Below, one piece after another: positions 47,116-54,237 of a stretch of DNA of 64,000 bases. The notes under the pieces are model-generated. The model did not search any database, had not been told where the DNA came from, and saw nothing but the letters and a program-made list of their open reading frames with translations. Source of the DNA: an uncultured Rhodothermaceae bacterium (GTDB lineage Bacteria > Bacteroidota > Rhodothermia > Rhodothermales > Bin80); assembly GCA_964503085.1 (NCBI GenBank), contig CAZCYQ010000005.1:21576-85575 (forward strand), read 5' to 3'. Every line of letters starts with the position of its first letter. Within the stretch, counting starts at the first letter, position 1. The position numbers were made by a program, and so were the translations under genes.

Positions 47116-48843
47116 ATGGAAGTTTTTGTGAGTGTTCAGCAATTCATCGACAACATACTCGCCTACCCGCTGCTGATTATGCTGGTGGGGACGGGAATAT
47201 TTTTGACCTTTAGGCTTGGTTTTATACAGTTTCGCCAGTTCGGACATGGAATAAAGGTCGCCACGGGCAAATACGATGATCCCGAAGATGCAGGAGATGT
47301 ATCGCATTTCCAGGCCCTCACGACAGCTCTGTCAGCGACAGTAGGGATTGGCAATATTGCCGGTGTTGCTCTAGCCATCCACTGGGGTGGCCCAGGTGCG
47401 ATATTCTGGATGTGGATAACAGCTCTTCTGGGTATGTGTACCAAATATACTGAGGTAACATTGGCCCAACGTTATCGTGTTGTAGATAAATCCGGGAGTA
47501 AACTGGTGGGTACGGTATCAGGCGGGCCTATGTACTATATCGAGTATGGGCTGGGCAAGGCCTTCAAGCCACTCGCGATGCTGGTTGCCGGGGCCATGAT
47601 ACTGGTTGCATTCATGACTGGCAATGCGATCCAGGCCAACACTGTTTCGGATCTGATGAACAGTGAGTTTGGTGTCTCTACGTGGATAACGGGTAGTTTG
47701 ACGGCGGCCGTAGTTGCGCTGGTGATCCTTGGTGGTATATCGCGGATCGGACGTGTGACCGGGATTCTCGCCCCCGTCATGGGACTCCTATATGTTCTTG
47801 GAGGTGTTATAATTCTGGCAATCAACTATGATGGAGTATTTCCGGCACTGGCAAGCATATTCACCGAAGCATTCAATCCCACCGCCGGTGTAGCGGGTAC
47901 TGGAATTGGTATCCTCATACAAACGATCCTTTGGGGAGTCAGACGTGGACTGTTCTCGAACGAAGCAGGGCAGGGGTCCGCGCCGATAGCTCACTCTGCC
48001 GCAAAGACACAGGAACCGGTTTCTGAGGGCGCGGTGGCACTTCTGGAGCCGTTCATTGATACCATTGTCATCTGTACAATCACGGCATTGGTTGTGCTCA
48101 CTACTGGTGTATGGAATAGTACAACCGAAACAGCTCTTACCCTGGGAGAAGGAGACTTCACCTATGTTGAAGAGGTTGGGGGCAGGTATCAGCCTGTCGC
48201 AAATGGGAATATTCCAGCTGAAATCATGATTGATCAGGGTGCTCCCATATCTGGCGCGAGTGATGGAATCATGTTCGCTTGGCATGAGGTTCCGGTGGAG
48301 GCATTCTTCATTGACCAGGAGCAGACGATGCCCTTTACGGGCTGGATTGATACGGAGGGGGGCGTCGCAATCGCAGAAGGAGATGGAACAGAGTACACCA
48401 CCCTCTACGGCCCGGCCGTAGAAAATGGTGCACCCATGACCGCCCTGGCGTTCCAGGCGGGACTTGGGGATATTGGCAAGTATCTGGTGATCCTCTGCGT
48501 ATTCTTGTTCGCGATATCAACGGCCATCTCGTGGAGTTATTATGGTGATCGTTGTTCCATGTATCTCTTCGGTAAGTCGTCTATCCTTCCATATAAACTG
48601 GTGTTCGTGGTCATGCATTTTGTTGGCGCTGTGGCCGGCTTGAATACGATTTGGGGTATCGGAGACACGGCTATTGCAATACTGACGATCCCGAACGTGT
48701 TGGCACTGCTGTTATTGTCCGGGATTGCGAAGAAGTTGACGGATGATTATTTCAATGCTTTCAAATCTGGGATGACCAGGGACGAGTACCTTACTGTTGC
48801 CCGGACGCGTGTCAAAAAGCATGAATCTGGATCCGAAGTATAG
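47116..48843 (+). CDS. alanine/glycine:cation symporter (AGCS) family transporter
   Basis: FQALTTALSATVGIGNIAGVALAI.WGGPGAIFWMW and SNEAGQGSAPIAHSAA are AGCS signatures. The protein is 575 aa with about 100 extra residues between late TM segments. Confidence 0.85.
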   Translation: MEVFVSVQQFIDNILAYPLLIMLVGTGIFLTFRLGFIQFRQFGHGIKVATGKYDDPEDAGDVSHFQALTTALSATVGIGNIAGVALAIHWGGPGAIFWMWITALLGMCTKYTEVTLAQRYRVVDKSGSKLVGTVSGGPMYYIEYGLGKAFKPLAMLVAGAMILVAFMTGNAIQANTVSDLMNSEFGVSTWITGSLTAAVVALVILGGISRIGRVTGILAPVMGLLYVLGGVIILAINYDGVFPALASIFTEAFNPTAGVAGTGIGILIQTILWGVRRGLFSNEAGQGSAPIAHSAAKTQEPVSEGAVALLEPFIDTIVICTITALVVLTTGVWNSTTETALTLGEGDFTYVEEVGGRYQPVANGNIPAEIMIDQGAPISGASDGIMFAWHEVPVEAFFIDQEQTMPFTGWIDTEGGVAIAEGDGTEYTTLYGPAVENGAPMTALAFQAGLGDIGKYLVILCVFLFAISTAISWSYYGDRCSMYLFGKSSILPYKLVFVVMHFVGAVAGLNTIWGIGDTAIAILTIPNVLALLLLSGIAKKLTDDYFNAFKSGMTRDEYLTVARTRVKKHESGSEV

Positions 48844-48860
48844 ATAACCTTTAAGAGAGG

Positions 48861-50318
48861 ATGGAACGGAAGCCCAGCATTTGGCAAGCACTGCTCCCCG
48901 TAGCATTCTTGATCCTTTTGCTGGTTGCTTCAGTGAATTTCTTCGGTTCGGATGCATCATATGGTCCGAACCAGATTGCACTCATTCTCGCTGCTGTAGT
49001 GGCTGCACTGGTTGGGCTGCGCCTCGGATTCACGTGGAAACAGATGCAGGAAGCCATGGTCAAGGGTGTGTCCCTGGCTATGGGAGCGATCTTCATCCTG
49101 TTGGTGGTGGGCTCCCTGATTGGCACTTGGATTATGGGGGGGATTGTTCCGACCATGATGTACTATGGTCTGCAGATATTGAACCCCGCTATTTTTTACA
49201 CTGCCTGTTGTGTCATTTGCGCGATTGTAGCGGTAGTATCGGGAAGTTCCTGGACTACAGTCAGTACGATCGGGATTGCCTTGGTCGGGATCGCTGCGGC
49301 ATTTGACCTGCATTTGGGAATTGCGGCGGGGGCGATTATTTCGGGAGCATATTTTGGGGACAAGCTGTCTCCGCTGTCTGACACGACCAACATGGCGCCT
49401 GCCATGGTGGGAGCGGAGCTCTTCGTGCACATCCGGCATATGCTCTGGACGACTGTGCCGAGTATCACGATTGCCTTAATCCTCTTTACGGTGATTGGGT
49501 TTGTGCAGCAGCCGTCTGCGACGGAGGCTTCCGGTTTGTCCGAGATTTTGTTTGCTCTGGATAACAGCTATAATCTGGGAGTGCATCTGCTTATTCCGGT
49601 GGTAATCGTACTGGTTCTGATCTACAAGAAGATGCCAGCTTTCCCCGCACTTCTTATCGGTGCACTGATGGGAGGCGTAACTGCAATGATTTTTCAGCAG
49701 GAGGTCGTAATGGCATTTGTGAATGAGCCCGACATGCCACGGATACTGGTGTTGTTTAAGGGGTTCTGGATGGTCATGTTTGGCGAGTTTACCGCTGATA
49801 CGGGAAATGAGGCGCTCAATGATCTGTTGACCCGGGGTGGAATGGCAAGCATGTTGGGTACAATCTGGCTTGTGGTTTCGGCGATGATGTTTGGTGCTGC
49901 GATGGAAAAGACGGGTATGCTGGCTGCGATTACAAAAATGATCCTCGGTGCTGCTCGCAGCACGGGTAGCCTGATTTTGGCTACCCTGGGCACCGCGCTG
50001 GGACTCAATATCATTGCCGGTGACCAGTATATCTCTATTGTAGTACCCGGTCGCATGTATCGGGCGGAATTTGAGAAGCGAGGCTTGCATCCTAAAAATC
50101 TTTCCCGTGCCTTGGAGGATTCAGGCACGCTCACCTCTGCATTAATTCCCTGGAATACGTGCGGTGCATTTATGGCGGCCACCCTCGGTGTACCCACCCT
50201 ATATTACTTGCCGTTTGCTTTCTTCAATTACACCAATCCGGTTATCAGTGCCATCTACGGGTTCACTGGATTCACAATAATCCCGCTGGACGAAGGCGAA
50301 ACAGGTGTTAGCGACTGA
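48861..50318 (+). CDS. nhaC: Na+/H+ antiporter NhaC family protein
   Basis: 485-aa polytopic protein. GSSWTTVSTIGIALVGIA...ISGAYFGDKLSPLSDTTN is the NhaC family core. Confidence 0.8.
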   Translation: MERKPSIWQALLPVAFLILLLVASVNFFGSDASYGPNQIALILAAVVAALVGLRLGFTWKQMQEAMVKGVSLAMGAIFILLVVGSLIGTWIMGGIVPTMMYYGLQILNPAIFYTACCVICAIVAVVSGSSWTTVSTIGIALVGIAAAFDLHLGIAAGAIISGAYFGDKLSPLSDTTNMAPAMVGAELFVHIRHMLWTTVPSITIALILFTVIGFVQQPSATEASGLSEILFALDNSYNLGVHLLIPVVIVLVLIYKKMPAFPALLIGALMGGVTAMIFQQEVVMAFVNEPDMPRILVLFKGFWMVMFGEFTADTGNEALNDLLTRGGMASMLGTIWLVVSAMMFGAAMEKTGMLAAITKMILGAARSTGSLILATLGTALGLNIIAGDQYISIVVPGRMYRAEFEKRGLHPKNLSRALEDSGTLTSALIPWNTCGAFMAATLGVPTLYYLPFAFFNYTNPVISAIYGFTGFTIIPLDEGETGVSD

Positions 50319-50355
50319 GTGTTTCCATCCGAATACACACTGTGATTCGTGCAAA

Positions 50356-51462
50356 ATGATGGATACACTTAAACTGGAAAACTACCGAGGCTTTAAGAAT
50401 TACCAGCTTCGCGAACTGGCCTCGGTAAATTTGCTCGTTGGTCCCAACAACTGCGGGAAGACCTCGGTTCTCGAAGCGGTCCAGCTTCTCGTGTCACAGG
50501 GCGATCCGGGTGTTATGGTTGAATCTGCGCAACGACGGTCGAAGTCATACGCTGGGGAGGGCCAACCGCGGGATATTGGCAACCTTGCATGTTTGCACAA
50601 TCCACTACACCACCATTTCCACGGGCACAGAATGACACCGGGCGTACATTTTTCTGTTTCCTCGGGTGACGGGTTTGGTCAAGTTCAATTTCACATTTTA
50701 GAATACGGACTCGATGATGTCCCTGGACTCTTCCAAGACTTCTCCGAGATTGATCTACCGTTGTCTCTGTTGGTCAAGACTGGAAGCGACAATGATGGAG
50801 TCTGGTTCCCTCTGAACCGTAATGGTTCTCTTGATTTGACATTGCCAAGGGTACGCCGCCAATTGGCGAGTCGCCGTCAGAAGTGGCCACCGACTGTATT
50901 TGTGACTGCCGGGTCATTAAACGCGCGCGATATAGCCGAGTCGTGGAATCAGGTCAACCGCGAGGGCCGGGAACTCGAAGTGGTCAATGCCATGAGGATT
51001 TTCCAGAGGGATCTGGAATCAATTTATTTCCCTACTGGCCCTTCATCGGGAAGCGGAGGTGGTCTCGGTGGAGTCCTACTGGGGTTTCGGGGCGGTACTC
51101 CCCGCATTCCAATTGGGAGCTATGGTGACGGCATGCGTCGTCTCCTGGCGCTCTCACTTTCGTTGGTGCGGGCCTCAGGGGGATTCCTTTTGATTGACGA
51201 AATTGATACCGGACTTCATTGGACCGTTATGGAGGAAATGTGGAATCTCGTTGTTGACGCAGCGGTCTCATCGTCGATTCAGGTCTTTGCGACGACCCAC
51301 AGCTTGGACTGCATTAATGGCCTTGCGGCGTTGCTCAAGAAGCGGCAGGACTTGGAGGACAAGGTGTCTGTTCAGAAGATCGAACGACAGCTTAATCACA
51401 GCGTGAGCTTTCGGGCACCGGACATCGTCACGGCAGCAGACCTCAGTATCGAATTGCGTTGA
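50356..51462 (+). CDS. ABC-type AAA ATPase (AAA_15/AAA_21-like), putative defence-module ATPase
   Basis: The N-terminus LKLENYRGFKNYQLRELASVNLLVGPNNCGKTSVLEA contains Walker A. Walker B/D-loop is LLIDEIDTGLH and the H-loop is ATTHS. There are no TM or transport domains. The start was set at ATG 50356, after the nhaC stop. Confidence 0.75.
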   Translation: MMDTLKLENYRGFKNYQLRELASVNLLVGPNNCGKTSVLEAVQLLVSQGDPGVMVESAQRRSKSYAGEGQPRDIGNLACLHNPLHHHFHGHRMTPGVHFSVSSGDGFGQVQFHILEYGLDDVPGLFQDFSEIDLPLSLLVKTGSDNDGVWFPLNRNGSLDLTLPRVRRQLASRRQKWPPTVFVTAGSLNARDIAESWNQVNREGRELEVVNAMRIFQRDLESIYFPTGPSSGSGGGLGGVLLGFRGGTPRIPIGSYGDGMRRLLALSLSLVRASGGFLLIDEIDTGLHWTVMEEMWNLVVDAAVSSSIQVFATTHSLDCINGLAALLKKRQDLEDKVSVQKIERQLNHSVSFRAPDIVTAADLSIELR

Positions 51463-52101
51463 TGGCTCAACTTTCGAAAGACCGACACCAGATTTATGTT
51501 GAAGGTCAGGACGACAAACACGCAATTCGCCACTTGCTGATCCGGCGTGGATTTGATCACCATGAAGTTCAGAGTTTCGCGGAGGACAAGGGGGCAAGCC
51601 GGGGGTACTTAGTGCCATCGCTATCGCTGTTAGAGCTGGAACGGGGAAGTCGCTCGGTTTTGTGATTGACGCCAACGATAGCCCCAGAACACGTGGAACG
51701 CGGTTACCGCGCGGCTCAAAGAGGTCGGTGTTCAGACCCCGAAAGATATTCTCGAGGGAGGTATTGTTGGGGAATCTGAGGACTATCGTGCTCGGGTGGG
51801 AGCGTGGCTCATGCCGGACAATCGGAAGACCGGAGCCTTGGAAGACTTTCTGCGGTATCTGATCAACGAAGCCGGTCCGTTGTTTAGTCATGCGAAAGAC
51901 TCAGTGCGAGAGGCAAGGCAGCACGGCGCTCGATATTCCGATGGGGACTACTTGAAGGTGGTTCCGCACACCTGGCTGGTCTGGCAGGAGGAACTAGGCT
52001 ACCTATACGGTAAGGCAATCAAAGCTCGATATTTCGGGGCCGACGGTGCTGCTGTGAAGCGGTTTATCAATTGGTTCCAACATGTGTTTGGGGTGGGGTG
52101 A
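51462..52101 (+). pseudogene. DUF3226-like (Toprim-like) partner gene, disrupted by two -1 frameshifts
   Basis: Three consecutive ORF pieces lie in frames 0, 2 and 1. Joined, they read MAQLSKDRHQIYVEGQDDKHAIRHLL...GVLSAIAIAVRAGTGKSLGFVIDANDS|PQNTWNAVTARLKEVG...VGAWLMPDNRKTGALEDFL...HTWLVWQEELGYLYGKAIKARYF. The frame changes fall at a G-run (51590-51606) and a C4 run (51682-51685). The ATG overlaps the ATPase stop (TGATG). Confidence 0.65.
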
Positions 52102-52339
52102 TTTAGCTGAATAGTCTCAGATCGTTTCTCACAAGAATCTGTCCTACGACAATTCGTTTGAGAAGATAAGTTTCAAGCGCGGGGATGCCCCAATGCCACG
52201 GCCAAGTTTACGTGAAGGGAAAGCCCCGTATTTTGAACCTGATGATCCGATCCGTTACAGTGACTTTTCGTTGCGTATTTACTTATGCATGTATCCGGTC
52301 GCACGTACGGCGCAGTGATGCTTCAAAGAACAAAGACAC

Positions 52340-52588
52340 GTTACTTGGTGCTGCAGTTGTTGAGAAATCAGCCAGCACTGATGATTCGCATCCTTCTACG
52401 CGCCCGACCTGGACAAATCCAAGTGCATGTGAGTCAACGGCTTGCCTGTGGAATTTTGGCATCAAATCATGGAAAACCTCACGATTGCGAGTGGCTCTTG
52501 GATCAATTGGTTCAACCCACGTACCTCATTGAGCTCAGGGGAAACTCCTTACAAATCGCGCTCACCGAACCTTCCAAATGACGCCTAG
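52340..52588 (+). pseudogene. relic of an rve-type (IS481/IS3-like) integrase/transposase C-terminus
   Basis: Fragments sit in shifting frames: ...SASTDDSHPST... (compare TDNGxEF), ...FASFYAPDLDKSKCM*VNGLPVEFWHQIMENL... (compare NGxxERFxxTLKxE), and ...WINWFNPRTSLSSGETPYKS (compare YNxxRPHxSLGGxTP). They are interrupted by several stop codons. Confidence 0.35.
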
Positions 52589-52768
52589 TAACAATCCGGA
52601 GCCATACTCATTTCAGGCGCAGTCAAAGCATGATTGGGTGGATTTCACCAAAACTGTGACAGGTGAAAAAGTGCAAACTAATGACACTACGCTATGCTAA
52701 CACACAATCCCAAATTGACTATATTGGAATGGGATTTTCGTAAGGATTCCAGATAAGTGAGAAAGAGC

Positions 52769-53032
52769 ATGAGTGATGCGACTGTGCGGGCGTTGCCACG
52801 CGTCGTTCCAGATACATTATGCGATTCGTACGCGGCAGCCTTAAAGGAAGCGACGCGACGCAGGACTGGGGTGACAACCGGTGCCCTGACCCGGATATGG
52901 AAGTCTCCCTACGACGGATACGTTGTCATTAGCATTCCGGCTAAAGCAGTGGCGCGGGCGATCCGAACAGCAGGCGGAGATGTCTTGGTCCGCGGTGTTC
53001 CCGGATACGGCGAGGGGTATTTGGATGAGTGA
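52769..53032 (+). CDS. small hypothetical protein
   Basis: 87-aa ORF from ATG 52769 (the track start is GTG 52757). Its stop overlaps the start of the next ORF by 8 nt (ATGAGTGA). No family was recognised. Confidence 0.45.
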   Translation: MSDATVRALPRVVPDTLCDSYAAALKEATRRRTGVTTGALTRIWKSPYDGYVVISIPAKAVARAIRTAGGDVLVRGVPGYGEGYLDE

Positions 53033-53453
53033 CCGGACTCGCAACCTCCCCGCCAAGAGAGACGAGGAGCCACCCGATCTTCGGCTTCTCCTTGAAAAGG
53101 TTCTGGAATTGGAGACGATGCGCGTCGCGGCATCCAACAAGGAAGCCGAAGTAACGGCAGAGGCCTTAAAGCTCGCGGACGCGGACAGTGAGCGGCAGTA
53201 CCAATTCCACTCAAACCGCTTTGAAAAGCAACATGGTCATCAGATAGAGCGCTGGCGTTCAAAGAATCTGAAGCAGTGGGTTCTTATAGGGGCTGCGGTA
53301 TTGTTGCTTTTTGGGATCTTGATCTTCCTCTTCTTTGGAAATACGGAGCAGCAGCAGCAGGCCCTTCAAGTGATCGGGCACATAATGTCCGTCGGAGCTG
53401 GCGTGGGTTTTGGATACTTCCTAGGTGCCCGAAGGGCTAGGGCGACGGGCTAG
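53025..53453 (+). CDS. coiled-coil protein with two C-terminal TM helices, function unknown
   Basis: 142-aa ORF from ATG 53025. It has a charged N-terminal half (LLLEKVLELETMRVAASNKEAEVTAEALK). It then has WVLIGAAVLLLFGILIFLFF and IMSVGAGVGFGYFLG. The architecture is reminiscent of DUF2335-type small membrane proteins, which is an inference only. Confidence 0.5.
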   Translation: MSDRTRNLPAKRDEEPPDLRLLLEKVLELETMRVAASNKEAEVTAEALKLADADSERQYQFHSNRFEKQHGHQIERWRSKNLKQWVLIGAAVLLLFGILIFLFFGNTEQQQQALQVIGHIMSVGAGVGFGYFLGARRARATG

Positions 53454-54237
53454 CGTCAAAGGGAACTAATTGATTGATGGTCGGGGAGCAGACGACAGAC
53501 TCCGCTGCGTACCTGTTGGAGGATGTGCAGGAGCCGGGTGCTCCATTTCACCGCTCAAACCTGATGCGAATCCAGAAATCGGCCGATGAATTTGAGAAGC
53601 TATCGGATTCGGCCTTGTGACTTCTTTCTTTCGCTTCTTGTGTTGCCACTCTGTGCCATCTGCCGTTGTGCCGTGGACTGCGCGAATGATGTCGGCTTCC
53701 TGCGGGATGTTCGGGAGCCGTGGTGGATACGATAATTATTGATTGCACACGAATTACGGTAGAACGGCGAGTATTTTTCAATGAAACCCCTTGGAAGTTC
53801 ATACAAATCTTCTGAACGGGCTCGGGATTATTGCAGGTTATACATGCGACACGTACCGGTTTGATGGAAACGGAGACGAATTGCATGCAGTTGTGCTGGG
53901 CATAGGTGCAGGCGAACTTGAACCGTGCCAGTAATGGTTGTTGCGGCGAGATTCGGGTGTTGCTCCTTACTTTGCAAGAAGGAGGCGGAAGGAGCCATAT
54001 CTTCGTAGCGCCATGAGTATATACAGTCTATAGCGAATGTCACATTTTCCACCGGCAACACCAATGATTTCACGGGACAGGGAGCATTCTCAGGTTATCA
54101 AAGAGGACCAGCTTGATGCGAGGCTCTTGCAAAATTAACTGCAGAGATTTGCCATCATCTTGTGGCACAATCCGTGAAGCCCGGTACACTGCACCGGGCA
54201 GGCTTTTTGATGGAGTATCTCTCCATATCCGGAGTGC

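Noticed and set aside
49476-50197. Minus-strand ORFs of 204 aa and 167 aa inside nhaC. Similar antisense ORFs occur at 25314-25955, 26825-27397, 43493-44029, 45643-46131, 47788-48285, 51268-51891 and 57261-57767.
   Set aside because: All are embedded antisense in genes with strong family signatures and have low-complexity or atypical composition. They are treated as shadow ORFs.
52185-52581. The track ORFs of 115 aa and 98 aa as genuine small genes.
   Set aside because: They overlap each other in different frames. Their best reading is as frame-shifted fragments of an rve-type integrase C-terminus, reported above as a low-confidence pseudogene.
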